A DNA stretch of 64,000 bases from Parcubacteria group bacterium GW2011_GWC1_36_108 (GCA_000991245.1 LBRD01000006.1:103340-167339); one strand, 5' to 3'. Positions 25,729-36,511 are shown, numbered from the stretch's first letter. Notes: generated by a model not told the origin, from the sequence alone. Numbers and translations: made by a program.

Positions 25729-27411
25729 TTGCGTACCATACTAACGATGGATGGTATCAGAAAAAAACAAATTTTAGCACCAAACACAACAGAAGTTGAC
25801 TCCCATTCGGAATCGAACGCTGTTTTTCAGCGACAAGAACCACAATCTCAATATTTTCCAAAAAGAGAGGAACTTTATATCCCCCGCGAAGAAACTATGC
25901 AAACTATGCAAGAAGAAAAGGATGAAAAAAAATTTCAAAAGGGGCGACTGTTGCAAAAAATATTATGGACTTCCTTGATAATCGCGATACTGCTTTTGCT
26001 TTCTTTTACAATATTTTTTCTTAGTAAGACATACCTTACTACCAAAAAAATGAATGATTCTTCCACGCAGACATCATTGTCGCAGGATATGAAATCACTT
26101 TTTTCTCCAATTATCCCATCATCTGATAAACACATTTTAAAAGGAGAAGACGAGGGACGCATCAATATTTTGCTACTTGGCGCAGCGGGAGAAAACAAAC
26201 CCGGAGGAAATCTGACCGACACAGTGATGATTATGAGTATTGATACCAAGAATAAAAAGGTTGCACTTCTTTCTTTGCCAAGAGATTTTTATGTTCCAAT
26301 TCCTGCCTCTACGGCAGGCGAGCCTGATTCACAATCGTTTACCAAAATTAACAGCTTATACAAAATCGGACTTGCCCAGCAAAAAGGAGCAGATTTAATC
26401 AAACAAGCTGTAGAAAAAGTTACGGCAGTAGAGATGGATTATTACATCGCAGTTGACTTTGATGCTTTTGCAAAAATTATTGATAACATCAATGGTATCA
26501 ATGTGATGGTTGAGCGCGACATATATGACCCGACATATCCTGGACCAAATTATAGCTATGAACTTTTTGCATTGAAAAAGGGCGCTCATTTGCTTGGTGG
26601 CGATGTTGCACTCAAATATGTTCGCGAACGGCACGACGATCCAGAAGGTGATTTTGGCAGGGCCAAGCGTCAACAACAAGTTATTCAAGCAGTCAAAAGC
26701 AGGCTATTTTCAATGCAAACAATATTTAATGTTGTCGCATTAAATAATGTGCTCAACACACTTGGAAACAATATTAAAACGGATATGTCATTTGATGATA
26801 TTGAACAGTTTATAAAATTAAGCAAAGATGTCGATACACAAAACATTACCAATGTGGTTGTTGATGCGTGGAAGCCTGACAGTTTGCTTAAGGTTTCACA
26901 CATAATGCTGGGAAACGACCGCGCCTTTATTTTGATTCCGCGTATTGGCAATTACAGTGAAATCCAAGATCTTGCTCAAAATATTTTTGACCAGACGGAA
27001 TTGAAAAAACGTCAAGCAGAAATTTTACAGGAAGATGCAAGCATTGCTATCATCAATCAATCCTCAGATGCCGAACTTGATGACAAAATTAAAAAGTTGC
27101 TCACAGAAAAGTTGAAATTCAAAAATGTAAAAATTATTTCCAACGATTCTAATGAAATCAAAAACAAAACCACTGTCGCCAGTAATTCTGATGTCGAAAA
27201 AATATTCACTCTTGATGAACTGATCAAAAAACTTCCTGCAACGATTGATTCACCCGCCAGCAACGCTTCGCGTAGCGATGCGGGCTGGCAAAAGACTGAT
27301 CTGGAAAATGACATCACAATAACACTTGGAAACGATTTGATTGATATTTATAAATATGAAGAAGACACTATGCAGGATTTAGAGAAAGCGCAGGACAGTC
27401 AATTCAATTAA
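25729..27411 (+). CDS. LytR/CpsA/Psr (LCP) family cell-envelope phosphotransferase
   Basis: N-terminal TM then ILLLGAAGENKPGGNLTDTVMIMSIDTKNKKVALLSLPRD, the LCP core motif. Confidence 0.85.
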   Translation: MRTILTMDGIRKKQILAPNTTEVDSHSESNAVFQRQEPQSQYFPKREELYIPREETMQTMQEEKDEKKFQKGRLLQKILWTSLIIAILLLLSFTIFFLSKTYLTTKKMNDSSTQTSLSQDMKSLFSPIIPSSDKHILKGEDEGRINILLLGAAGENKPGGNLTDTVMIMSIDTKNKKVALLSLPRDFYVPIPASTAGEPDSQSFTKINSLYKIGLAQQKGADLIKQAVEKVTAVEMDYYIAVDFDAFAKIIDNINGINVMVERDIYDPTYPGPNYSYELFALKKGAHLLGGDVALKYVRERHDDPEGDFGRAKRQQQVIQAVKSRLFSMQTIFNVVALNNVLNTLGNNIKTDMSFDDIEQFIKLSKDVDTQNITNVVVDAWKPDSLLKVSHIMLGNDRAFILIPRIGNYSEIQDLAQNIFDQTELKKRQAEILQEDASIAIINQSSDAELDDKIKKLLTEKLKFKNVKIISNDSNEIKNKTTVASNSDVEKIFTLDELIKKLPATIDSPASNASRSDAGWQKTDLENDITITLGNDLIDIYKYEEDTMQDLEKAQDSQFN

Positions 27412-27427
27412 ATATTTAACATTTATA

Positions 27428-27524
27428 AAAAAATAAAGTTTAAAAATCATATAACATATAACATATAACAAAAATGCAGACTCGCATCCTTGTTACATGA
27501 TATATGCTATATGCTACATGCTTC
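27428..27524. repeat. Start-box element copy 2 (upstream of pth)
   Basis: aatcatataacatataacatataaca-aaaatgcagactcgcatcc-ttgttacatgatatatgctatatgctacatg; loop similar to copy 1 (aaaatacgagcccgcatcc). Confidence 0.45.
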
Positions 27525-28052
27525 ATGAAACTATTAGTAGGCTTAGGCAATCCGGGCGATCAATATGAGGAAACTAGACACAACGCTGGGTTTATAGTTT
27601 TGGACGAAATTCAAAAAGAACTTTCTTTTCCAGAATTTCAATTGAACAAAAAATTTGAAGCTGAAATTTCAGAGGGAAATGTTGATGGAGAAAAAATAAT
27701 CTTGATCAAGCCGCAAACATTTATGAATCTTTCTGGAAAAAGTGTCGCTAGCATTATGACTTTTTATAAAATTCCTATTGAAGATTTAATTGTACTTCAC
27801 GATGATCTTGATATTAAGCTTGGAGAATTTAAAATTTCCATAGATTCTTCAGCCGCTGGGCACAATGGTGTGACTTCAATTTTTGAAACACTTGGCACAC
27901 AAAAAATCAAACGCGTTCGCATTGGAATTGAAGGCGCTGAAAAGAAACTTGAGCGGCAAATGTCTGGTAGTGATTTTGTTTTGCAAAAATTTTCCAAAGA
28001 AGAATTTGCAACCATCCAAAAACTTTCAACAGAAATTACAAAAATTCTATAA
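27525..28052 (+). CDS. pth: Peptidyl-tRNA hydrolase
   Basis: MKLLVGLGNPGDQYEETRHNAGF N-terminal signature; start moved past the repeat-derived MLYATCF. Confidence 0.9.
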   Translation: MKLLVGLGNPGDQYEETRHNAGFIVLDEIQKELSFPEFQLNKKFEAEISEGNVDGEKIILIKPQTFMNLSGKSVASIMTFYKIPIEDLIVLHDDLDIKLGEFKISIDSSAAGHNGVTSIFETLGTQKIKRVRIGIEGAEKKLERQMSGSDFVLQKFSKEEFATIQKLSTEITKIL

Positions 28053-28588
28053 GCGATACAAATTTAAAAGCGTCAATCTTTTGTATATTCGAGTTTCGAA
28101 TAATTTCAAAAGTTTGACGCTTTTTGTTGTTTTCCAGCTTACCATTACCGACCCCTTGTTATCATTGTTATCATTACAGCAATAGCAATTTCCAAGGATT
28201 CGAAAAGCCTTCTGGAAAATTTCCTGCACTTGGTTGACTCAAGAAGATTACAAAGCCAATGCAGAAAAAGGAAAAGTAGCAAGAAACAGATTGCAATTAT
28301 AATAGCAAGCATAGCCCTCACCTTCCCTTTCCAGTTTGATATTATTTCAATCAAACTGATTTAGTTAAAAGAACAGTTACCCCCTCCTAAAACAACAAGA
28401 GACAACTCCCTAAAAGAACTGTCTTTATTGCAAAAGAGCAAATTTGAGTCAACCACCTTATACATCCATTATACTCCTTTTTTAGCAAAAAGTCAATGGA
28501 GTGCTGTTTCTTGCTTATATAGAGCCAAAAAATCACACAAGAATTTTTGATAATTGTCAAATATTTCAAGATAGGATATTCTTGATAA

Positions 28589-29668
28589 ATGAAACACTTA
28601 AACGCTTTGAATACAATTTACGGACTTGGGAATCAAAAAATGAAATTGTTGATGAGTTTTTTTGAAAACGCAGAGCAAGTTTGGCAAGCGTCTCGCGAGG
28701 AACTTTTGAAATCTGGTATCGGAGAAAAAATTGCACAAAAAATTGTCGAGCAAAGACCTCTTATTGATATTGAAAAAGAATGGGAAAAATTGGAAAAGGA
28801 AAACATTCTCGCCATTGGACTTGATGACCCTCACTACCCCGCCCTGCTCAAGCAAATTCCAGACAATCCTTATCTTATATATATGAAGGGAGATTTGACC
28901 TGCCTTGACTTTCCGTTGGTTGCTATTGTTGGGTCGCGAAAATTGACAGAATATGGCAACGATGTTGCCCGTGGATTTGCCAGAGACTTGGCCGACAGTG
29001 GCATTTGTGTTGTTAGTGGTCTTGCCTTTGGAATCGATGCTATGGCCCACTCTGGAGCGCTTGAGGTCAAAGGAAGAACGATTGCCGTGCTCGGAAACAG
29101 CTTGGACGCCGAAAGCATCTCGCCGCGCACCAACTTTCAACTTTCCGAAGACATTATTAAAGGTGGCGGACTTTTGATTAGCGAATTTCCAGTTAAAACA
29201 TCTGCTACTGTTGGAACATTCCCTATGCGTAATCGCATTATGGCTGGAATGAGTCTTGGCACATTGGTTGTTGAAGCCGCAGAAAAAAGCGGTAGTCTTA
29301 TTACTGCCAACTTGGCCTTGGATTATAATCGCGATGTTTTTGCCGTGCCGGGATCAATCTTTTCGCCCCAGTCAACAGGAACACATCTACTCATTAAAGC
29401 TGGAGCTAAACTTGCAACTTGTGTGGGCGACATTTTAACCGAACTGCGAATCGAAAGCGGCAAAAAAATACCTCTTGAAGCAAAAGTTTTTGACCTGACA
29501 GATGATGAAAAAATAGTGCACACAGTTCTTTCCCACGAAAGCCTCCACATTGACAGAATATCAAAACTGACTAAACTTGAGACATCGACCATTTCCTCAA
29601 TACTCGCAATGATGGAAATAAAAGGCGCAATCAAGAACGTCGGAGGACAGAATTATATAAAGTTATAA
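28589..29668 (+). CDS. dprA: DNA processing protein DprA (Smf)
   Basis: VAIVGSRKLTEYG...CVVSGLAFGIDAMAH Rossmann-like DprA core. Confidence 0.9.
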   Translation: MKHLNALNTIYGLGNQKMKLLMSFFENAEQVWQASREELLKSGIGEKIAQKIVEQRPLIDIEKEWEKLEKENILAIGLDDPHYPALLKQIPDNPYLIYMKGDLTCLDFPLVAIVGSRKLTEYGNDVARGFARDLADSGICVVSGLAFGIDAMAHSGALEVKGRTIAVLGNSLDAESISPRTNFQLSEDIIKGGGLLISEFPVKTSATVGTFPMRNRIMAGMSLGTLVVEAAEKSGSLITANLALDYNRDVFAVPGSIFSPQSTGTHLLIKAGAKLATCVGDILTELRIESGKKIPLEAKVFDLTDDEKIVHTVLSHESLHIDRISKLTKLETSTISSILAMMEIKGAIKNVGGQNYIKL

Positions 29669-29828
29669 AGTTATAAAGTTCATAAAGTTTATAAAGTTAT
29701 AAAGCAAGAATCGAAAATATTTCATCATTATAATCATAAAGTTCGTAAAGTTCATCAAGTTTATAAAGTAAAAATGCATTCTACTTTATAAACTTTAAAA
29801 ACCTTATAAACTTTAAAAACTTATTAAA
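29655..29828. repeat. AT-rich inverted-repeat spacer, TATAAAGTT family (largest copy)
   Basis: ataaagttataaagttataaagttcataaagtttataaagttataaagc ... ctttataaactttaaaaaccttataaactttaaaaac: six or more direct words, then complementary words. Confidence 0.45.
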
Positions 29829-32132
29829 ATGAAGCTAATAATCGTTGAGTCTCCTACTAAAGCAAAGACTATAACAAAATTTTTGGGTAAAGGTTTCACA
29901 GTGAAATCTTCTTTTGGTCATGTGCGTGATTTGCCAAAAAGTGGGATGGGGGTGGATATTGAAAAAGATTTCACACCAAGCTATGAAATTCCAGACAAAG
30001 CGCGCATCAAGGTGGCTGAACTTTTGAAACTCTCCAAGAAAGCTGATGAAGTTATTCTAGCTTCCGATGAAGACCGCGAAGGAGAAGCGATTGCTTGGCA
30101 CTTGGTTGAAGCGTTAGGATTAGATAAGAAAAACAAAAAACCATATTCTCGTATTGTTTTTCATGAAATTACAAAAAATGCAATTTTGAAAGCATTAGAA
30201 ACTCCGAGAGAGATAGATATAAATTTGGTTGACGCTCAGCAGGCACGGCGCGTGCTTGATCGATTGGTTGGATATGAACTTTCTCCATTTTTGTGGAAAA
30301 AAATTCGTCGCGGACTTTCCGCTGGACGCGTGCAATCAGTAGCGCTGCGCTTTATTGTTGAGCGCGAACGAGAAATTCAAGCTTTTGTTGCTGAAGAATT
30401 TTGGACAATTTCTGCCAAACTTCACCCTGTTAAATCCGGCGGGGTCGCCGGTGCGAAGCAATTTAACAGGGTGAAAAAAGAAAAAACTAACGATGAATTT
30501 GAAGCCAATTTACTGGAGCAAAATGGAGAAAAAATTGAACAAACCATCACGTTAAAACTTTTTACCGGAGATTATAAAACCAAAAAAAGTGTCATTGCCA
30601 ACAAGAAAACAGCCGAGCAGATTACCAGTGAACTCAAAGATGCGAAATATCAAGTTTTGTCAGTTGAGAAAAAAGAAACGATGCGAAGTCCTTCCGCCCC
30701 TTTTACTACTTCGACTTTGCAACAAGCTGCCATCAGCAGTTTTGGTTTTTCAGCCAAGCAAACAATGATGACGGCGCAAAAACTTTATGAAGAAGGTTAC
30801 ATCACATATATGCGAACTGACAGTATGAATCTGTCATTGGAATCTTTAATGAGCGCAAAAAAAATAATTGAAAAAGAATTTGGTAAAAATTATTCATTGG
30901 AAAGTCCTCGCTATTTCAAAACAAAATCAAAAAGCGCGCAAGAAGCTCACGAAGCTATCCGTCCAACTGATCCGGAAAAAACTCCTGATGAGCTGATGCC
31001 GCTTTTGGAAACCAATCAATACAAATTATACCGCCTCATTTGGAACCGAATGATTGCTTGCCAAATGCAAAACGCAAAATTAAATTCTGTTAAAGCTGAC
31101 ATCGAAGCTGCCGGAAAGAAAAATAAATTCTTGCTGCGAGCATCTGGCTCAACCGTTGTTTTTGATGGTTTTTTGAAAGTATACGAAAACAGAGCGGCGC
31201 AAGCTGAATCATTTTTGCCAGAACTAAAAAAGGGAGATCCGCTTTCTGCTTTGGAGGTTTTGCCATTGCAAAAATTTACCTCTGCCCCACCACGATATAA
31301 TGAAGCAACATTGGTTAAGGTTTTGGAAGAACACGGAATTGGCCGACCTTCAACTTATGCACCAACCATTTCAACTATTATTGACCGCAAATATGTTGAT
31401 AAAAATGAAGATAAGAGATTGTTTCCTCTGGAAATTGGTTTTCCAGTTAATGACCTTTTGGTTGAGCATTTTCCAGAAATTGTCGGCATCGATTTTACTG
31501 CAACTATTGAAAAAAGTTTTGATGAAATTGCCGAAGGAAACAAGCCTTGGGTTCCGGTAATTCGAGATTTTTATGGACCATTTCACAAATTGCTTGAAGA
31601 AAAAACTGACAGTGTCAAAAAAGAAGATTTGGTGGAAAAACTTGATCGACCCTGCCCTACTTGCGGAGCAGAATTAGTTATGAAATTTGGACGCTTTGGA
31701 AAATTTATCGCTTGCAGCAATTATCCAACTTGTAAATATACTGAAAAAACCGACAGTGAAAAAAAGGAGGATGAAGAAAATTCCGGGGTTATTTGTGACA
31801 AATGTGGAGCACCAATGGTTGTCAAACGCGGAAGATTCGGTCCATTTTTGGGTTGCTCAAAATATCCAGAATGCAAAAACATTATGAATATTGAGAAAAA
31901 AACCGGAGTTAAATGTCCCAAGTGTCAAAAGGGAGATATTATTGAACGCAAATCCAAAAAAGGCAAGATGTTTTATGGTTGCAACAAATATCCAGCTTGT
32001 GACTTCGTGATGTGGAACAAGCCTACGGGAGAAATGTGTCCATCTTGTGGACAACCACTTGCTTTTGCTGCCAAAGGAAAAACCAAATGCTCAAACAAGG
32101 AGTGTGGAAAAACATTTGACGCAAAAGAATAG
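29829..32132 (+). CDS. topA: DNA topoisomerase I
   Basis: MKLIIVESPTKAKTI TOPRIM N-terminus; C-terminal CxxC...CxxC zinc-ribbon repeats; 767 aa. Confidence 0.95.
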   Translation: MKLIIVESPTKAKTITKFLGKGFTVKSSFGHVRDLPKSGMGVDIEKDFTPSYEIPDKARIKVAELLKLSKKADEVILASDEDREGEAIAWHLVEALGLDKKNKKPYSRIVFHEITKNAILKALETPREIDINLVDAQQARRVLDRLVGYELSPFLWKKIRRGLSAGRVQSVALRFIVEREREIQAFVAEEFWTISAKLHPVKSGGVAGAKQFNRVKKEKTNDEFEANLLEQNGEKIEQTITLKLFTGDYKTKKSVIANKKTAEQITSELKDAKYQVLSVEKKETMRSPSAPFTTSTLQQAAISSFGFSAKQTMMTAQKLYEEGYITYMRTDSMNLSLESLMSAKKIIEKEFGKNYSLESPRYFKTKSKSAQEAHEAIRPTDPEKTPDELMPLLETNQYKLYRLIWNRMIACQMQNAKLNSVKADIEAAGKKNKFLLRASGSTVVFDGFLKVYENRAAQAESFLPELKKGDPLSALEVLPLQKFTSAPPRYNEATLVKVLEEHGIGRPSTYAPTISTIIDRKYVDKNEDKRLFPLEIGFPVNDLLVEHFPEIVGIDFTATIEKSFDEIAEGNKPWVPVIRDFYGPFHKLLEEKTDSVKKEDLVEKLDRPCPTCGAELVMKFGRFGKFIACSNYPTCKYTEKTDSEKKEDEENSGVICDKCGAPMVVKRGRFGPFLGCSKYPECKNIMNIEKKTGVKCPKCQKGDIIERKSKKGKMFYGCNKYPACDFVMWNKPTGEMCPSCGQPLAFAAKGKTKCSNKECGKTFDAKE

Positions 32133-32209
32133 AGAATCGTCTATCTCAAAAATGGACTACGCGCAATGTATGGTTTTAAATGCTGAATGCAACGCTTAAT
32201 TTTTTGTTT

Positions 32210-32300
32210 GCCTATTTCCTTTTTGGCACGCTTTTGGATGAATGCTCAATATCCAAAAGCTCAAAGAGTCGCTGTCGCCAACAATTGGCCAAAAAGAAAA
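32210..32300. repeat. REP-A copy C (core only, no TIRs)
   Basis: tttttggcacgcttttggatgaatgctcaatatccaaaagctcaaagagtcgctgtcgccaacaattggccaaaaagaaa. Confidence 0.5.
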
Positions 32301-32443
32301 CAGACAAACAAAAAATTCAAAGCTTGTTTCTTAAGAACCTATACGATATCAAAAAAAAACAGAGTCTTCTCTGTTTTTTTTGCTTTTATAGCACATAATT
32401 GATATACTAAAAATATTAAAATTCTTGGAGTGTATTACACGTT

Positions 32444-33937
32444 ATGGAAAACTTAACTCTTGAAGATATTATTGGTGCGCTGCGAAATCCGCCTTCGGAT
32501 GCGCGAAAAAAGGTTATAGCCAAAGCCTATGATTTTGCTGTTAAAGCTCACGCCGGACAAAAGAGAAATTCTGGCGAGGAATATTCTCAACACCCAATTG
32601 CGGTGGCAAAAATTTTAGCAGAAATAGGAATGGGCGGCAAAACAATTGCCGCAGGTCTTTTGCATGATGTTCCGGAGGATACAACTATAACGCTTGAAGA
32701 AGTTGAAAAAAACTTTGGCAGTGAAATTGCTGCAATGGTTGATGGCGTCACCAAGCTTGGAAAAATAAAACTGAGAGGTTCTCACGAGGAATATTTCTTG
32801 GAAAATCTAAGGAAGATGATTTTGGCGATGGCAAGCGACATTCGCGTGGTAATTATCAAGTTGGCAGATCGCCTGCATAATATGCAGACATTAGAATTTA
32901 ATCCGCCGGAAAAACAACTTCGAATCGCACGCGAAACGATGGAGGTTTTTGCTCCAATTGCAAACAGGCTTGGAATGGGAGAAATGAAATCGCAGTTGCA
33001 AGACTTGTCCTTCAGATTTCTTGATGAAAAAAACTATTTTCTAGTCAAGGATTTGGAAGAGAAACATTACAAAGAAAAGGAAAAGAATGTCATTCAGGCT
33101 ATCAAAGAAATTGAGTTTGAAATGAAAAAAGAAGGAATAACCATCATTGAAACAAATGGTAGAGCGAAAAGCATTTACAGTCTTTTTCTGAAACTGCAAA
33201 AGCACGATATGGACATAACAAGAATTTATGATCTTGCCGCAGTTCGAATTATTGTTCAGGAAGTTGCTGATTGTTATGAAACACTTGGTATTGTTCACAA
33301 AAAATATCGCCCGATGATTGGAAGAATCAAAGATTACATTTCTCTTCCGAAACCAAATGGCTACCAATCAATCCACACAACGGTTTTCGGTCCAGATGGA
33401 AAAATCATTGAAGTTCAGATTCGAACTCAAAAAATGCATTCTGAAGCAGAATTTGGAATCGCAGCCCATTGGATTTATAGCGAAAAGAAAAAGAAGAACT
33501 GGAAAGACTTCCTTTTCAAAACAAAAAAAGGTGTGCCAGAAAAAGAAATTGAATGGGTCAAACAACTTCGCGAATGGCAAAATGAAATTGGTCGAGATGA
33601 TGAAGAATTTATGCAAAGCCTGCAAATAGATTTTTTCAAAAATCATATTTTTGCTTTTACTCCACAAGGAGATATTATCGAACTTCCAGAAGAAGCAACT
33701 CCGGTTGATTTTGCCTATGCAATTCACGGCGAAATTGGAAACCATGCAGTTGGCGCAAAAATTGACGGCAAAATGGTTCCGCTGGATCATTACATTAGAA
33801 ATGGAGAGGTTGTTGAGATTTTAACATCCAAAGATCGCAAAAATCCAAATCAAGATTGGCTCAAATTCGTCAAAACTTCCGCCGCCAAATCACATATCAG
33901 AAGAGAGTTGAAAAAAATAACCGCCGCCAATAGTTAA
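32444..33937 (+). CDS. rel: Short bifunctional (p)ppGpp synthetase/hydrolase (HD + RelA/SpoT synthetase domains; no TGS/ACT region)
   Basis: HD motif HPIAVAKIL...LLHDVPEDT and synthetase block RAKSIYSLFLK...YDLAAVRIIV; 497 aa. Confidence 0.9.
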   Translation: MENLTLEDIIGALRNPPSDARKKVIAKAYDFAVKAHAGQKRNSGEEYSQHPIAVAKILAEIGMGGKTIAAGLLHDVPEDTTITLEEVEKNFGSEIAAMVDGVTKLGKIKLRGSHEEYFLENLRKMILAMASDIRVVIIKLADRLHNMQTLEFNPPEKQLRIARETMEVFAPIANRLGMGEMKSQLQDLSFRFLDEKNYFLVKDLEEKHYKEKEKNVIQAIKEIEFEMKKEGITIIETNGRAKSIYSLFLKLQKHDMDITRIYDLAAVRIIVQEVADCYETLGIVHKKYRPMIGRIKDYISLPKPNGYQSIHTTVFGPDGKIIEVQIRTQKMHSEAEFGIAAHWIYSEKKKKNWKDFLFKTKKGVPEKEIEWVKQLREWQNEIGRDDEEFMQSLQIDFFKNHIFAFTPQGDIIELPEEATPVDFAYAIHGEIGNHAVGAKIDGKMVPLDHYIRNGEVVEILTSKDRKNPNQDWLKFVKTSAAKSHIRRELKKITAANS

Positions 33938-33960
33938 TGAAATACAAAAATTTATTCAAT

Positions 33961-33996
33961 AAAAAAATAAACCCAGGAGGGTTTATTTTTTTATAA
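33961..33996. terminator. Bidirectional terminator between convergent rel and parB
   Basis: aaaaaataaaccc agga gggtttattttttt: 6-bp stem with loop agga, flanked by A-run and T-run. Confidence 0.6.
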
Positions 33997-34009
33997 GAAT
34001 CATAAGTTA

Positions 34010-34930
34010 CTACTGGGAATGTGACATCTTTTCTAAAAGCGAATCCAAATCCTCTCGAGAATAATATTCAATCACAATCTTTCCGCCGTCTCCGGATTTA
34101 TTAACCCGAACCTTGGTGCCAAGCATTCCAACTAATTCTTCTTCCAATTTTTTAACTTCAGGATCAATGCTCTTACTACGGTTATACGATTTTACTGAAA
34201 CTTCTTTTGTTTTTTCTTCTGCTTGCCTAACAGTTAAATTGCTTTTTAAAATCAATTCATACAGTGCGCGCTGTTTTTCAGGATTATCAAGAGACAAAAT
34301 CGTTTTAGCATGACCTTCAGTTATTTTTCCATCAATCAAACCTTTTTGAACTTCGATAGGAAGATTTAACAGACGAATTTTGTTGGCCACCAAACTTCTG
34401 CTTTTGCCCATTTTTGCTGCCACTTCTTCTTGGTTCATTTGATACTCATCCGCAAGTTTTTGATATGCTCTCCCCTCTTCAATTGCGTTTAAATCATGTC
34501 TTTGAATGTTTTCAATGATTGCAAGTTCAAGTTTTTGCAGCTCGCTAGCTTCTCTAATAATCACAGGAACTTTTTTGAGTCCAACAATTTTTGAAGCTTG
34601 AAAGCGACGCTCTCCAGCAATAAGTTCATACAGATTACCTTTTTTGCTGACAATAAGAGGCTGAATGATTCCGTGCATCTTTATCGATTGTGCAAGATTT
34701 TCAAGTTTTTCGTCATCAAAAAGATTTCTTGGTTGATGAGGATTTGCCACAATAAGACTCACATCTACTTCCATCACAAAATTATCGCCACGAATTGATT
34801 CGTCGCCCGCGCTAACTGTTCTTTTGGAAAATTCTTCAGCATTTTGAAATGTTTGCGAAGATGCTTGGGCTGGTTGTTTGCTTGGAATCAAAGATGATAA
34901 TCCTCTACCAAGACCGAATTGTTGAGACAT
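34010..34930 (-). CDS. parB: Chromosome partitioning protein ParB/Spo0J
   Basis: GERRFQASKIVGLKKVPVIIRE, the ParB box II / HTH region. Confidence 0.9.
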   Translation of the reverse strand: MSQQFGLGRGLSSLIPSKQPAQASSQTFQNAEEFSKRTVSAGDESIRGDNFVMEVDVSLIVANPHQPRNLFDDEKLENLAQSIKMHGIIQPLIVSKKGNLYELIAGERRFQASKIVGLKKVPVIIREASELQKLELAIIENIQRHDLNAIEEGRAYQKLADEYQMNQEEVAAKMGKSRSLVANKIRLLNLPIEVQKGLIDGKITEGHAKTILSLDNPEKQRALYELILKSNLTVRQAEEKTKEVSVKSYNRSKSIDPEVKKLEEELVGMLGTKVRVNKSGDGGKIVIEYYSREDLDSLLEKMSHSQ

Positions 34931-35070
34931 AACAAAATTAATTTTAAATTTTAAGTTTTAAATTTAAAATGAATGATAAATGAACAAATCTTCAAATAAT
35001 CATTAAAACATTTCAATATTTAAAATTGATTTAAAATTTCAAATTTATAATTTAAAATTTATAAAATATT

Positions 35071-35856
35071 TCATATTTTATTGCGTTTTTCCTCATCATC
35101 CCTTGCGACCATTTCTTTAACGAGGTTTTTATATGATCTTGCTCCTTTAGAAAGCCCATCGAAACTAAGGATTGATTTTCCATAGCTAGGTGCTTCAGCC
35201 AATCTCACGGAGCGCGGAATCACACTTTCAAAAACATGCCCTGGGAAATGATTGCGCATTTCTTTAACAACCTGACGAGCCAATCTGTTTCTGCGGTCAT
35301 ACATTGTTAGCACCGCACCCATGATTTTTAAATTAGGTTGCAAATGTTTTTGTACAAGCTCAATTGTCTGCAGGAGCTGACTCAAGCCCTCCAAGGCGTA
35401 ATATTCGGTCTGCACTGGGATAAGCACTTCATCACTCGCCACAAGTCCATTTATCGTCAATAATCCCAAACTTGGCGGACTATCAATAATGATATAGTCA
35501 TAATCTGTGCGAATCTGTCGCAAAACATCATACAATTTAAATTCGCGATTATCAAAGTGCACCATTTCAACCCCCGCTCCTGCCAAATCTTGTGAACTTG
35601 GCAAAAGATCATGCCCCGCCTCTTCAGCTCTAATAATAACATTTCGCGGGTGTTCGCCTCCAACTAGCGTGCTATACAAGCCTTTCTCCAAATTACGAAT
35701 ATCAACTCCAAGACCAGAAGATGCATTTCCTTGTGGATCAAGATCAACCAAGAGCACCAACTTACCCATTGAAGCCAAGTAAGTTGCAATATTAATAGCG
35801 GTAGTGGTTTTGCCCACTCCGCCTTTTTGATTTATCAGTGAAATAATTTTAGCCAT
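35071..35856 (-). CDS. parA: Chromosome partitioning ATPase ParA/Soj
   Basis: IISLINQKGGVGKTTTAINIA deviant Walker A; overlaps parB in operon order. Confidence 0.9.
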   Translation of the reverse strand: MAKIISLINQKGGVGKTTTAINIATYLASMGKLVLLVDLDPQGNASSGLGVDIRNLEKGLYSTLVGGEHPRNVIIRAEEAGHDLLPSSQDLAGAGVEMVHFDNREFKLYDVLRQIRTDYDYIIIDSPPSLGLLTINGLVASDEVLIPVQTEYYALEGLSQLLQTIELVQKHLQPNLKIMGAVLTMYDRRNRLARQVVKEMRNHFPGHVFESVIPRSVRLAEAPSYGKSILSFDGLSKGARSYKNLVKEMVARDDEEKRNKI

Positions 35857-35945
35857 CGGTCATGTAGCATATATCATATAACATGTAGCATTCCCTCACT
35901 CAGAGTCAACCGCCTTTTTGTTATATGTTATATGTTGTATGTTAT
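35857..35945. repeat. Start-box element copy 3 (4 nt upstream of the parA start codon)
   Basis: tcatgtagcatatatcatataacatgtagca-loop-ttgttatatgttatatgttgtatgttatatg. Confidence 0.45.
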
Positions 35946-36054
35946 ATGAAAGATTTGCCTGTCTTCAGTTATTGTATCACATTGACAATTCAATTTCAAT
36001 CATTTATCATTAGAGAGTACTTTTGATGAAATTAGGCCTTGTTTTAGGCAAAAA

Positions 36055-36138
36055 GCCCAAATGGTGGAACTGGTATACACGCACGACTCAAAATCGTGTG
36101 GCGCAAGCCATGAGAGTTCGAATCTCTCTTTGGGCACC
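36055..36138 (+). tRNA. tRNA-Leu (anticodon CAA), class II with 13-nt variable arm
   Basis: Hand fold: acceptor GCCCAAA/TTTGGGC (7 bp), D region TGGTGGAACTGGTATACAC (close to E. coli tRNA-Leu), anticodon stem CACGA/TCGTG with loop CTCAAAA (U33, CAA, A37), variable arm TGGCGCAAGCCAT, T arm GAGAG-TTCGAAT-CTCTC, discriminator A; CCA not encoded. Confidence 0.85.
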
Positions 36139-36220
36139 CCGTAAAATTTGCTGCGCTCATCACGGGGCACAGGAAATATATTAAATCATCTTTAACAACA
36201 AAAAAACAAGGAGGTACACT

Positions 36221-36511
36221 ATGTGTTTACAACCAGTTCGTCATCCAAATTCTTCCGACTTGCCAAAAAAATTGATTACCAATTTTGAAGTTGATGAGCA
36301 ATACAGGGAAAGAGCTGAAAAAATAAATGCTATGCCGGAAGGAGAGTTGAAAAATTTTCGTATTAAGTGCCTTGAAGTTGAGACCGGAAGAAGGTTTCAT
36401 CATAAAAGATCAATGAAAGCTGGTTTCAATATGTACACAGCACTTCAATGCAGTATCGATGTTGAAAAAGGTGCTGCAATGACATTACCAGAATCGCTAA
36501 GAACGAATTAA
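36221..36511 (+). CDS. Hypothetical small protein (96 aa)
   Basis: Strong SD (AAGGAGGT 6 nt upstream of ATG) and a clean downstream intrinsic terminator; no recognisable domain. Confidence 0.5.
   Translation: MCLQPVRHPNSSDLPKKLITNFEVDEQYRERAEKINAMPEGELKNFRIKCLEVETGRRFHHKRSMKAGFNMYTALQCSIDVEKGAAMTLPESLRTN

Noticed and set aside
28145-28354. 69-aa hydrophobic ORF on the minus strand between pth and dprA
   Set aside because: Begins with TTG, has no SD, and is composed largely of low-complexity I/L/F codons from AT-rich DNA; insufficient support.
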